A stretch of 62,870 nt of DNA, filler included, from Dimargaris cristalligena (taxonomy: Eukaryota): the NCBI GenBank assembly GCA_003614675.1. It is 2 parts of 2 records of this genome, joined end to end, with 100 filler letters (N's around TTAATTAATTAA, not from the genome) between each part and the next. Parts side by side here need not be neighbours in the genome. Positions count along the whole stretch, not along the records: positions 1 to 31,394 come from ML002440.1; 1 more part is not named here. One strand, written 5' to 3'. Each line of letters begins with the position of its first letter. Position 1 is the stretch's first letter. Positions 1 to 11,894 of the stretch are shown piece after piece. The notes below the pieces were generated by a model. It was not told the origin of the DNA. It worked only from the letters and a program-made list of their open reading frames with translations, and ran no database searches. The position numbers were made by a program, and so were the translations under genes.

Positions 1-1942
1 GCTCAGCCCCAGCCCTAGTCCCGGGAGAGAGGTTCCTCAAACCACCGGCCCAACATACCCATCATCCCAGGAAGTGATATGCCTAAATAACTGCTGGTTG
101 GTTGTTCGACACCTACGTCCCCCAATAGAAGAAGCCAGGCCCTTAGATACCTTTCATTTCTATTATCACAATCAACAGCATACATTCATAGAATCCTAAC
201 ATGCAGATAATTCTAGACTAGCCATCAAAGTGGGATAATTTAAAGCATGGTGGGGCGAATGGTAAGTCTAACCTTTGAACCGATTGATACTGTCCTAATT
301 GTGTTTGACTTAGTACACTAGCATGGACCAGGAAACTGAGTAAAAGCAACATTGTTCCCCTCGGACCCTATTGCTATAAATTCTAGATGGATAAAAGACC
401 GGTTAGATATTGGTAACGTCAGATATTATAGTCCTCCAAGACTGAACAGACTAGACTAATCCCTTGAATCATCCCAACTATGCTTGGGCACTTGGTTGCA
501 CGGACAGGGGTGGTTTTCCCACCTGTGTACCATTCTAGGTCTAACGTTCGCCATTGGGGGTATAACATAGTAGGACCTTAAATGTCTGTGTTCTCGGCGA
601 CTCCAAAAATTACTCAGTCGGACAGTATTAGGATGAAGAAAAGGGCGCTTTTGCATCAAGGCCCTTTCAGCACCACTGCCCATTCGTTAACTTCAGCAAC
701 TTACCCGCGTGCCTGTCATTTTGTGCCACCATGCGTCTCCAAAGGTGTTTCAAGTTCTTCCAACTACAGACTGACGGATGCCTGCCCTGCCAGACATCCA
801 CTCCCAGATTATTATTAGTTTCCAATATAGAGAACCATGGGCAATGTGCAATTTAGCTAGTGTCTCCCCCAAAAGTAAAATCCCGGACTAGGAAAATACA
901 TAGCCTACCTACTTCCTGACAACTCGTTCCGTACCATAAATCATTCCCCCGGTGTCACTATTGAAGAGAGGAAATCATGAATACTGGAGAACAAAATATA
1001 TTCCCTGAACATTACTAGCCCCTAAAAAATTGACTGTTGCAAGAGTATTGATTTTATTCAAGGATATTGGTGTGTGATCATGGTAGTCTATCATGCTGAT
1101 GCCCGCTGAATAACACCAAACCAATCCCCAAAGAGACTTTCGCCCTAATTTACTGTGGACTAAACGAAATTCCAGCCTGTCGAACGAAATCCTCTTTTTT
1201 GGTTGGTTGCGGTTTAATCGACCATGCTATGTCATTTTAGTGAGTATAGAACTACCTTGTCTCCTATTACTCTGTTCATACTTCTGAGTAATTAACTCTG
1301 ACTTGGGGTCTATTTAAAATTTGTTCAATAATATTAGTAGACGGGCCTCCAAACAACTTATTAATTGACCAACTTCCCTTGGTATTTTTTATATACACAT
1401 TCATATATAGTATACTTAAGTCGTAGTTGTTTACTCATCCTAGACAATTTATATAAAGAATAAAGATAAAGGATGTGGATTTAAATGATATTCTTATCGT
1501 TGAATCCTCCGAACTTGAAGTGTATCACTAAACTGGCCAGGTTCTTTATTACTGGCGACTTAGTAGCGGCTTCCCTTTCGCCATTTTTATGTAACAAGCC
1601 CTGGGATCTACCTATGAAGGCCTGAACACAATGTAACAATATGTATAACACATTCCATTACTACTAGTGTATATCGGTGGGTCGATATTGGGGGAATGCC
1701 ATTTAAGAGGCCAAAGCCAACATAATGTTCATACAATATACTCGTGGAAGCAGCGACAACTTCATAAAATATGAAAGGAAAGAGGTGGGTCGAGTCATGG
1801 GATTCATTGGGTGTTTTATTGGAAACAGGTCGACTGGCGCAGAAATGGTGGACATCTAAATTAGGTAGTATCTAGCCCAATTCGTTGCATTAGAACTGTT
1901 CGATTAAATGAACATTGAATAACTACAATGCACTTTCAGAAG

Positions 1943-1952
1943 AATATAAATA
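1943..1952 (+). promoter_or_regulatory. TATA-like box upstream of the small secreted peptide gene
   Basis: AATATAAATA about 100 nt upstream of ATG 2052, followed by a pyrimidine-rich leader. Confidence 0.5.
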
Positions 1953-2051
1953 GACCGCTGGCCAGCCACTCTGATACATGTATCTTCTCACCCAACACCG
2001 CTTGCCTCCATCTGCGCCGACCCTTCCCTCTTGCCCCCAACTACCCTTGCC

Positions 2052-2294
2052 ATGTGGTTTCTCTCGTTTGCCAAGATCCTCCTCGTCTCTGCCATTGGCA
2101 TTAGTTCCATAGCCCTGGCCGAACCCACCATATTACCTCGGCATATATCTAACCTCAAGCACCCGGATTTTGCTCTTGGAAAGTCCCTTACCCGTCGCAG
2201 CCCCATGCCCCAGCGTCGTCCCCCCCCTCCGTCAATCTACACCACTCCCTACCCAACCCCACCCCAGTCGCCACCCGCAAATCCTGGTCAATAA
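2052..2294 (+). CDS. Small secreted proline-rich prepropeptide (80 aa)
   Basis: ATG in GCCATG context; signal peptide MWFLSFAKILLVSAIGISSIALA; dibasic LTRR site, then SP-MP dipeptides and the Pro-rich tail QRRPPPPSIYTTPYPTPPQSPPANPGQ. Confidence 0.7.
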   Translation: MWFLSFAKILLVSAIGISSIALAEPTILPRHISNLKHPDFALGKSLTRRSPMPQRRPPPPSIYTTPYPTPPQSPPANPGQ

Positions 2295-2699
2295 ACCCAG
2301 GTTATGGTCTTCACCACGCGTAAAATAGTCGCCCAAATGACAAGGTCGCATATTGGTTATCACTACCTTCGGTTATAGATTCATGTATCTATGAACATTC
2401 AGGCGTTGGTACTTCTGCACTTTTTCTTTTTTATAATTTTTCCGTATTTATCTTTTAGACTGGTCGAATTCCATATACCTTAAAGTTGAAAAATTTAGCA
2501 GTATTATAACTGCATTTGGGATTAATAAAATATATAGGTTTTCTTGTATTTTAATTCTGTATTGATGGGGCAGTCTTTTGTTATATTAGCAACGTCAGAA
2601 TTTTGAAACTATATCATTGGAACAGCCTATGTTTTAATCCTAATTTGCAGTAGAACCCATTGTAGTTGTGCAAATATTATTCTCAATCCCATATCACAG

Positions 2700-4200
2700 T
2701 GGGAATGTCCGTTGGGGGAAAGTGGTAGGGAATAGGGCCAGCTGTGTCCCTGATAGGTTTAGGACATGGAATATATCCTGTAGAACTGGCCAGGATAGCC
2801 AGTGGGGTTAACTGTAGGTGATTGACTTGAATTATTAAGACTGCCAATTCTGAGAGACTCTGATATCCCTGAATATTTTTGGATTAGAGAACTTTATATA
2901 ATATATTATGTAGGGCCTGAAGGGGATACCTTAAGGATGCAGTTGGGGAAAATAATTCAGTTTTAGGTAGTTGATATCCTGTAGGCTGGCTTAGAGGTCT
3001 TAATAAATTGTTTCTTGAGTGTCGGCTATATCCCAAATAAGGCAGAGGCTGTGGGGAAGATGTAATACCTAGTGGATAACAGTATAGGCATTAGTGACCA
3101 ACCTACAATTGCTCGGCACTGTGGGGTGCTATGATGGGGCAGAGTGCCCTTGATATGGGTCAAATTCAACCCATTGGTATGAGATTTTGGGTAATACATA
3201 TGTGGAAAAATTGGCAGTAAATTCATTTCTTAATGGTAGTGCTTGTTTCATTCAATGTAATTTTAGTTTTGTTGCCCAAGTTAACCACTCTTAATCTGTC
3301 AAGAGTCTTGGGGGTAGGCTTCTAATGGTAGGCAGGGCATTGGACATGGCCAAGTGGGCTACTAGCTTTAGGGCAGGTCAGACTAACTAAATAAAGCAAG
3401 TGTTAAATGTGTATGCAGGGGACGTGCACCAATGCACACCTACTAGTCAGTATGGGGGGTGAGAATATATAGAGTTTATTGAGGTAAACCAAGGGGGGGT
3501 AAGAATAAGCTAAGGTACTAACCGGTCCCAACAGGGGCCTGGTTATATATACGTGGGGGACTACTCCAAAGGGAGGTCCCAAGGGGAACTATATAACAAA
3601 GATAATAATAAGAAGGGCCAGGTGGTCCTCATCCAAGCAGAGACTTCCATGGGAACTGGAAGACACTAAGATTACCTAGGAGTGAGTAGTGCAAACTCCA
3701 GGGGGGGGGTTCGGCTGGTAGGATAATATATATGATATCTGGTCCCATTAGGGCTGGGGTACAATATGGCGCTATATGGCCTGCTATGATGGTGATCATA
3801 GCAAATGGATTAGGTTAGTTTAGGAGGGGCAACAAGTTTTATAGCCTGGCTGAAACTCTAACATATTTAAAATCAACTCATTCTTAACTAAGAAATAGTG
3901 TAGCACCATAAAAGACATCACATAGTACTACTGGGCTACCTTTGATTATACTACCTGGAGCTACCCAGCCACCTCAACTATATCTCAGCCATATTTACTC
4001 ACAATCATTATGGCCTTCCTCCTACTTCTCCCAGTCCAAAACACCATTTAAGTTCAATTTTCATTTTCATTTCCTTCTTGATAATATACTCAATTTACAC
4101 TTTCATTTCCTTCTCGATTATATATTCAATTTACCTGTCTATAGCTTTATTATTTAGTGGCCCATGATTACCAACTCCATCGCTCTTGCATTCAAAGAGC
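2700..4200. other. CpG-depleted, stop-riddled degenerate region (possible decayed repeat or pseudogene)
   Basis: Only about ten CG dinucleotides seen by eye in ~1.5 kb; TA/TG rich; no long ORF; internal repeat ATATCCTGTAG near 2772 and 2974. Confidence 0.35.
4053..4134. repeat. 36-bp imperfect tandem repeat (~2.3 copies)
   Basis: Unit YTCAATTTWCAYTTTCATTTCCTTCTYGATWATATA starts at 4053 and 4089, with a partial copy at 4125. Confidence 0.8.
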
Positions 4201-4943
4201 CACTAAGACGCCACCCCTAATTTAATTAAGTCTGATAGTTCCACTGACCTTATTTTAACCAGCGATGATCATGGTGGTAGAAAATAGCGAGAACCATGGT
4301 ACAATCCCTCTAAATGAGGGATATAACCGAAAAATTGCCACACTCCTTATTCATTGCGTTGGCTAGAACATCCAAGAAGACCATCGACCTCTGCATAGCC
4401 ACCGTAGAAATGAAATAATGGCCTAAAAGAAAAATGATAATCATACTAACCCCGGCACAATGCCACAGTCAAATAAAGAGCTATTCAAAGTTGACAGATA
4501 GTCCATATGTGTACATCATTAATCGGAATTTATGTGGTAGGCCTAATCAGCTTCTACCAGCGGCATTTATAATAAAGAGATTCAAAGTACTCCATTGACC
4601 AACCAAGCCATTTATACTATCCAGAAAGCGCGAATGCGGCCTGTGGCAATGCTGGAGTTTGTTGGAAGGAAATGGCTGCCCAGAAGGGTAGTCATATCAA
4701 GAGTTTACATGGGGAGAATACTCTAGTTCTTCACGCTTTAAATATCCGTGTAGCCGCCCCCACAAGGAAAATCATCATCGAATACCGTATGACCACATTC
4801 ACTTTATATTTTCGAATACTTGACCCCAACCCTAGCATTCTTGATTTCAACACCTGCTTTCCTTATTCCATTCATAACTTACATATTTTTATACACATTA
4901 TTTTCTTCTAAGCTCATTCGTTTATCCCACTCCACCTCGCGTC

Positions 4944-7697
4944 ATGGATTTCGAAACTATGGGGACCATGTTCCCCCTACAAGTCATTTTGTGGCCCACT
5001 ATCATGGCCATTCTCACCGTGGTCTACCTGATTCAGTTCCTGCGGTTCCAACAAGGCCCCGCCTATAGACCGGCATCCGGCGTGCCCAAATATTTCAAAT
5101 GTGAATCGTACCCCACGGCCACGAAGGATCAGCAACTAGCCATCAATGTCCGCCTCGAAAATTTGCAACGCATAGCCACAACTTCCATCATTGGTTTTCA
5201 AGTCCTAGCCGTCTTTATTATGGTTACAATGCTAATGTGGACGAGCAAGGAAACTTGTTCTGAAGTGATATATGCCCCGCTAACTTTCGGTGCTATCCGA
5301 AGCGTTGTTTTGGCAGCTGCCTGGTCCTATTTTGTTCTATCCCGCCGGAGCTCGCGACCAGCCTCTCACCCCGACCAGGCCCTGTGGCTCTACCGCCTGA
5401 GTCTGCGTAGCTCGGCCCATCTTCGGTTTTGGTATACCCACGCCAGTTTAGCATTCATCGAGCTAAGTATTGTGGCCTTCCAGTATTTCCACAGTGGCCA
5501 ACCATCCCTCTCTACGATGATAGTATTAGGCCAAGCCATGGTCTATTACATTCCTCTAATCATCACTACCTGTTACCAAACTCAGTACCACCGCCGCCAT
5601 ATGGTCCCTATTCTTGATGATAGTCTCATGTGGCTGCCGGCCCGGACTCCCGACTGGCTTACCCAACCCATTTTCCGCAATTTCTCCAATATCCGTGTCT
5701 TGGATTCCGCTGATAACCCCGCAACCCCCCACCAGCTATTCGGTATAACCTGGGATTCCTCCAAAGCCCTCAAACAGGAATTCGAGTACGATAAAATGAG
5801 AAATGGACTGGCTGAGCTACTTTATAGAACCTTCAACGCCATTAATACTTTTCAGGACGACGATAAGGTCGAAGCTGACCCGGACAACAGCGTCTCCGAA
5901 CCCTGGTTTTTCAATCGTGAAGTCGGAACGTACTCACTCCTGCTTTCCCACTTGTTTTTATGTTGGACAGTAATTTCCGGTACTCTATTTATATTGCTTG
6001 TGGCATTAGTGCGCATTGGGTTAGGTCATATTCAGTTCGAGGCCCACCGTAGTTTTCAAGACAGTGTACTGACCCAAATGGCCACGATCCACAGTTACTT
6101 ATGTTACTACTATCTCCCCAGCCAGGTAATTAACAATATCCTCCCCGGCTTGTTTACGCATCTGGAGACTTGGCTTAGCTGGAATATACGTTCTGAATGG
6201 AAACGCCGAACCTACAACCGCATTCAACATCTGCATCAACAATCTACCAAGGCCCTGGATTACCCCGAACTTTTTCTTCAGGAATATGTGAATTTCGCCG
6301 TCTATTTGCACGGCGATGTCGTGGAAATGATTGGACATTGGGTGACCACATATTTTGTGATGGCTAGTGTTTGGCAGGGAATAGGGTCCGAGGCACTAGT
6401 TATACTTACTGTCTACTTTCTCCTTAGTACATTGGCCTATTACCACTGCCGCCTCAGTAACGAGACGGATTACCGCCGGTGGCATTTATCCAACCATGTA
6501 CTAGAATGGGGAATTATCGATCGATTGAAAAGAACCGCGGTATTCAGCCAACTAAATAGTGAGAAATATGAATACCGCAAGCTAAACCATATCCTACCTG
6601 CGCATCTCCGACTAAAGGCAACCAATGTACAGATTAATGCGGAGTTTTGGGGGGCTGCCATCCACTACATTATTTACTACCCCTGGTTAGGAATGTGCGC
6701 CTGGAAATTCCAGTCTGGGAGCTTGTCTTACGCCGAGTGTATCATTGCGATTGAATCCTACCATATGATTGCCATGAAAGCCGCCAATATAGCCTGGATG
6801 TTTACCTTACGACTCCGACCCTCCGATCGCGAGGCCAGTTTAGTGAAGATACTCCACGAGACGCCTGACCTTCAGGATGATGCCGGGGCTCCTTCACTTG
6901 AGCTTACAAATGGGGGAACTATTGAATTTCGCAACGTATCGTTCTCCTACGATGGACCGGTCCCGGTATTACAAGGGATCAACCTCACTATCCCAGCTGG
7001 GCGTACCACGGCCATTGTGGGTATGAGTGGACACGGTAAATCGACCTTGTTCAGCCTGATAATGCGGATGGCGGATGTCACGGAGGGGGAAATCCTCATC
7101 GATGGTCAGGATATTCGCCGAGTGGCACAGGGTGACTTACGCTCCCATATTGCGTACGTCAACCATTCCTTCGTGGCCTTCCCGGGTACTATCTATTACA
7201 ACATCGCCTATGGAACTGTCAGCCGTGGCGAGTTGGCATCCAAAGATGAGGTGGTGGAGGCGGCCAAAGCCGTGAACCTATATGATACCATCATGGGGCG
7301 CGAGGATGGATTTGACGCCAAACTCAATGGGAGTGGCAGTAAGATGAGTGGTGGCGAGCTGCAGCGCATGGGAATTGCACGGGCCCTGGTAAAAAAGTCA
7401 CCCATCTTACTTTTGGATGAGGCCACGGCCGCCCTGGATACCGCCACTGAAACGAAGATCATGGACTACATTCGTAACTCTAAGAAGTCGCGAACGACGG
7501 TTATAATCGCCCATAGGATTTCGACGATTATGGATGCCGACCAGATTGTGGTCCTGGGACACGGCAGGGTGGCCGAACTTGGCACGCATAATGAGCTAGT
7601 GGTCAAGGGCGGCATTTATGCCGAAATGTGGGCCAAGACCCAGGCGGACAGCCTATCCGATATGCCGACCGTAGTTGACAAGCCCATTGGCCCATAA
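4944..7697 (+). CDS. ABCB half-transporter, HMT1/ABCB6/ATM1-like (TMD-NBD, 917 aa, intronless)
   Basis: Extended multi-TM N-terminus; IEFRNVSFSY; Walker A GMSGHGKST; signature MSGGELQR; Walker B ILLLDEATAALD; H-loop IAHRIST; GGIYAEMW tail. Confidence 0.9.
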   Translation: MDFETMGTMFPLQVILWPTIMAILTVVYLIQFLRFQQGPAYRPASGVPKYFKCESYPTATKDQQLAINVRLENLQRIATTSIIGFQVLAVFIMVTMLMWTSKETCSEVIYAPLTFGAIRSVVLAAAWSYFVLSRRSSRPASHPDQALWLYRLSLRSSAHLRFWYTHASLAFIELSIVAFQYFHSGQPSLSTMIVLGQAMVYYIPLIITTCYQTQYHRRHMVPILDDSLMWLPARTPDWLTQPIFRNFSNIRVLDSADNPATPHQLFGITWDSSKALKQEFEYDKMRNGLAELLYRTFNAINTFQDDDKVEADPDNSVSEPWFFNREVGTYSLLLSHLFLCWTVISGTLFILLVALVRIGLGHIQFEAHRSFQDSVLTQMATIHSYLCYYYLPSQVINNILPGLFTHLETWLSWNIRSEWKRRTYNRIQHLHQQSTKALDYPELFLQEYVNFAVYLHGDVVEMIGHWVTTYFVMASVWQGIGSEALVILTVYFLLSTLAYYHCRLSNETDYRRWHLSNHVLEWGIIDRLKRTAVFSQLNSEKYEYRKLNHILPAHLRLKATNVQINAEFWGAAIHYIIYYPWLGMCAWKFQSGSLSYAECIIAIESYHMIAMKAANIAWMFTLRLRPSDREASLVKILHETPDLQDDAGAPSLELTNGGTIEFRNVSFSYDGPVPVLQGINLTIPAGRTTAIVGMSGHGKSTLFSLIMRMADVTEGEILIDGQDIRRVAQGDLRSHIAYVNHSFVAFPGTIYYNIAYGTVSRGELASKDEVVEAAKAVNLYDTIMGREDGFDAKLNGSGSKMSGGELQRMGIARALVKKSPILLLDEATAALDTATETKIMDYIRNSKKSRTTVIIAHRISTIMDADQIVVLGHGRVAELGTHNELVVKGGIYAEMWAKTQADSLSDMPTVVDKPIGP

Positions 7698-8842
7698 TTC
7701 CCCAATTGTGTTTTCAATGTTCCCTACCATCCGATTTTAGATTCTGGCCCCTTTGGCATACAGCCTTTTGTAACGATTTCCTTGGTTTCATCTACTGTTC
7801 AAAAATACGCCCCTATCAAATATCCCCGATAACGAAGCAGCATTTTTATGTCCATATTTTAACATATTTTGCTAAGTTAATCACGTCACAGTGAATGTAA
7901 CTGTCATTCCGGATGCTAAATGAAGGACGTATAGTTTTGAAAATACGTTGTTCGGATATGGACAGATGCTGGAGAAGGACCACAAGAGACCTGTAGCTGC
8001 GGCTTAGGAATCCCAATTGGTTATTAGATAGGTTTCGAAGCAATCATATGCCAGCCCAATATATATATATATATGTGTGTGTAGCTCTGGAAGCAAGAGA
8101 GTGCCAAAGCTATATATTATCGGTTTGAACTAATTTGACACAACTGTATAAGAACCTAAACGATGTGTGTAAGAGAAAATAGGCGGTATATTCGTTTTAA
8201 CGGGGGGGTTTTGCCTCATGCAACGGATTTGTCGTTAGATAGCCTGGCTGAACCTCTCCCATACCCTTCTTCAAATAAATGGCGCTGACATTCTAGCCTT
8301 AACTCACACCCTTGCGAAAGCCACCTGCCATCAAACCAACGCCCCATTATCCAGTAGCTTGACATATCTGCCTTTATTTATCCATCCACTACTTGGCTTG
8401 GTTTGTACACCTTTGTGCCCCTTTAAAACCCCATCGTTGTTTTCATACCCAGGGCTGGCTTGAGTACTTACCATTCTGCTGCAGGGTTTGTTTGATGTGG
8501 GCCACCTTTTTTATACTTATAGCCCGCTCCGTTTCACCAGCATCAGTAGTAATGTTTATTTGGGGAACAGGTCAAGGGGTTGCTTCCGTTGCAATGGCAA
8601 ATGGCCCTCGCCAGCTATCATGCCATGCCGTCAAAAGCTGTAAACAGTGCCTTTGTTGCTGACTCACAAACCCAAATTTTATATAACCTTCTCTATGTTA
8701 AATTTAGTTCCTACATATCCACCTAAGAGCGTTCTCCATTTTGCCGTTTTCCGAATTCGGTTGGTATACACCCATTCGATTCCCGCTTTTCCCACTCAAG
8801 TGTGTTATATTCCTATCTTTTCAACTCCTCTTCCACTTAACC

Positions 8843-9490
8843 ATGACTACCATTCGGCGCTTTAGCGCTCTCGATCTATTCAGCTTTAACAATATCAACC
8901 TTGACGTCTTCACGGAAAACTATACCATCTCCTTTTACCTCCAGTACCTCGCGAAATGGCCCGGCATGTTCCACATGGCCTTGGCCCCCGCCGGCTCATT
9001 CCTTACCACCCGGCCGAACCCCGTCGAAAGCAGCAACAGCAGTGGTAGTAGCAGTAGCAAAAAAGGTTGTCTTATCTCAAGACCAGCTACTGGTATGACC
9101 CGGTCGGCCCGGACTATGGGTTATATGATGGGCAAAGTCGAGGGGATCGGTCGCGACTGGCACGGTCATGTGACTGCCGTCACGGTAGCCCCCGAATACC
9201 GGCGGTTGGGGCTCGCCCGTCGCCTCATGGCTCTCCTTGAGGACGCCACCGATCGGGTCTACTCCGGTTATTTTGTCGACTTGTTTGTACGCAAGTCCAA
9301 CCACTTGGCCGTCAATATGTACAAGCGGCTGGGCTATGTAGTGTATCGACGAGTGATAGGCTACTATAGTTCCGATGGAGACGATCCCGAAGATGCCTAC
9401 GATATGCGTAAAGCCATGTCCCGCGATACTCATAAACTATCAATGATCCCACTAAAACACCCAGTGCGACCCGAGGATGTGTGGAATTGA
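8843..9490 (+). CDS. NAT3: NatB N-terminal acetyltransferase catalytic subunit (Nat3/NAA20)
   Basis: MTTIRRF..NNINLD..TENY..FYLQYLAKWP; MGYMMGKVEG; WHGHVTAVTVAPEYRRLGLA; FVDLFVRKSN; EDAYDMRK. Confidence 0.95.
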   Translation: MTTIRRFSALDLFSFNNINLDVFTENYTISFYLQYLAKWPGMFHMALAPAGSFLTTRPNPVESSNSSGSSSSKKGCLISRPATGMTRSARTMGYMMGKVEGIGRDWHGHVTAVTVAPEYRRLGLARRLMALLEDATDRVYSGYFVDLFVRKSNHLAVNMYKRLGYVVYRRVIGYYSSDGDDPEDAYDMRKAMSRDTHKLSMIPLKHPVRPEDVWN

Positions 9491-11357
9491 TCCGAGCTAA
9501 TGTTGGGCGAAGGGGTGGCAGCAATAAAAACCATCTGTGCGATTGGTGTAGAACCTTGTGGCATGGTTATTTCTCTATAGTATTTACTTGGGCCCTCTGC
9601 TTTCACGATGACTCACTTCATCCCCTTCATATTTCACAATGATTTAGTTGGCTTGGCTGTTTTTTTTAAATACGATTTCTCAATCTATTTGAAATAAAGC
9701 ACGGTGATATACTCTCGACGGTGCCTATCGGGCAGTAATTTACTGATTTGCTGCGTTATAATTTACCTTATTACTGGCCATATATCTTATATATATATAC
9801 TACCCATCGCTTGCAACTATTTGTGTTTTCTGTAAGAAAATATCTAAGCTCGAGGTGTATTATGACTGACTCCACCCCCACTGCATAATTCATGGGTATA
9901 TTTAAAAAAATGGGAATGGCTGGGATGTACCTTCATTTTTTTCTGCTATTATACGGATAAGATATTGGAACCGCTGGTGTCGTTTGGGTCTTTAAGATCG
10001 CATGTCGCATATACCAGAATGCTTCCTGGAATGGGTACTAATACCAGGTGCTAGGCATTTTGACACTGCATTGGTTAGGCACCGTGAAGTTATCTGCACC
10101 TTCATTTGAATAGTTTCGCGGCTATTTCAAGATCTGTATATCATCCGAAATTCGCTAATCGCTAGGTAAAGGTGTTTCAAGTAAAGAAATGCGTATAGCC
10201 CCATACACAATATGGGTAAAATCCGACCCAGTTGTATAAGGTTTTGGGCAGTATGTAGGGGGGAAATGTGCGAGAGATCCATTTTTAACCAGTAATATTT
10301 ACTTCACCTAGTAGATTTTTCGAAGTATAGCCTAGTCTAACCCCTGCCATATAGTTCAAAGTGAAACACTTGGTAGTGCCGAGTCAATAAGGGCTAAAAT
10401 GTAATAGCCGATAGTAACAGCATCCCTCAAAGTCCATCGTAAATATGCCGTATCGTATAGCACAGTATATGATGGGTGCAAAAGTATTACAGGCGACATG
10501 GTAGGTATAACCACTACCCGCGAGCATAGCCAATGCGCGGCCTGGTAGTCATTTTTGTACACCCAAAGAGCAATATTGATTTTTTTGACCATCTGCGGAC
10601 CATGTAATAGGTTTATGAAAACCGTATCTTGTATTTTTAGTCCCAGCGAGACCTGCTGCATTCCCTGAACCCATTTCAATTCCAAGGATACGACCATGTC
10701 CCGATTTTATTGAAAACAACACCTATACAATTCACCTATTCCCAAAGCCCCTAATGTCCACAATGTGCCCATGGAAGGTGCTGATAATCACCCGCAAATA
10801 GGCACTACGAACCCTCTGATCCGTACTAATAGGAAGCATTTATTAGATCCCCTTTATTTTTCCGCTGCCAAAACAAAGTCGCGGTTTACCGCCCCTTCTT
10901 ATACCTAAACCAATCAACGGGGGACCAGAAATGTTAAATGGTATATTCAAGACATAGTCCTTCTATTTTCATATATCCACACTCTAATGGTCGGTTGACA
11001 ACTGTATGAACAAGCTACATTGCCATACTTGTGTGTTCCCTAAACTTTAAGTGTAGGTTGCACTTACTCAAGGCCCTTGACTACCGGGACGGATACATCT
11101 GGGGGACCCATTGATTAAAGCGGTAGGGCCTACACACCACCGTGTCGCCCCTACTTTTTAATAGGCAAGATCACCCTCCTATACCATTACTCCGGCTCGC
11201 CCATCACATAGTATATATTAACGAACCCTGCCATTTTCAGGGACTCCACAATCCGTCTATATCTCTGCACCATTTTTTGCTGCCCTTCGAATTATTTTAT
11301 TATATTTCTCGCCATTCCCCCCTTCACCCTAGCCCTCTCCCACCTCTTTTGAAAACC

Positions 11358-11894
11358 ATGGTCAAATTCCTTTCGCGTAAAGCGGTCCTGGCCCTGACCG
11401 GTCTGCTGCTAATGACTCTCACCACGGCGGTAACGGGCGCCCCGACCCCCACTTCCCCGGGGGCTGCTTCCACCAACAAAGTCTCGTCGTCCGCTAACCC
11501 CACTGGGTCGTCCGACGAAGTTTGGGCCGCTACTCTCCAGCTACTCAGAGACCAGTCGGAGTGGTCGGATATGGACCTAATGCTGCCGACGAAGGATTCG
11601 TACAACCAAGCTGAATGGTTGGCTATCCTTATGAAGCTCTTCGACGGTTCAGAAGTGACCAGCTCCGATCAATTCAACACCAACAATGAACTTGCACGCC
11701 AGCTTTGGGACATCCTTACAAATGACCCATCGTTCAACGGCCAGCCTACCACGGCCGAAGGTGATAAGACTTTGAAGACCAAACTGCAGGCGGTCTTCCT
11801 CGAAAACAAAGTGGAGGTGAACCCCGAAGTGGACCTGTCCTTGTTTCAATTAATCACCTCATCGGCCCAGCCCCCTACTCCCGACCAGGTATGA
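11358..11894 (+). CDS. Orphan secreted protein (~178 aa)
   Basis: ACCATGG start; signal peptide MVKFLSRKAVLALTGLLLMTLTTAVTG; Ser/Thr/Pro linker then an acidic helical region. The 3' end could be spliced at CAG|GTATGA (11889). Confidence 0.7.
   Translation: MVKFLSRKAVLALTGLLLMTLTTAVTGAPTPTSPGAASTNKVSSSANPTGSSDEVWAATLQLLRDQSEWSDMDLMLPTKDSYNQAEWLAILMKLFDGSEVTSSDQFNTNNELARQLWDILTNDPSFNGQPTTAEGDKTLKTKLQAVFLENKVEVNPEVDLSLFQLITSSAQPPTPDQV

Noticed and set aside
2052-7697. Peptide plus ABC transporter as a bacteriocin/RiPP-like export cluster
   Set aside because: The peptide has a Sec-type signal, the transporter shows no peptidase domain, no modifying enzyme is nearby, and 2.6 kb of mostly decayed DNA separates them.
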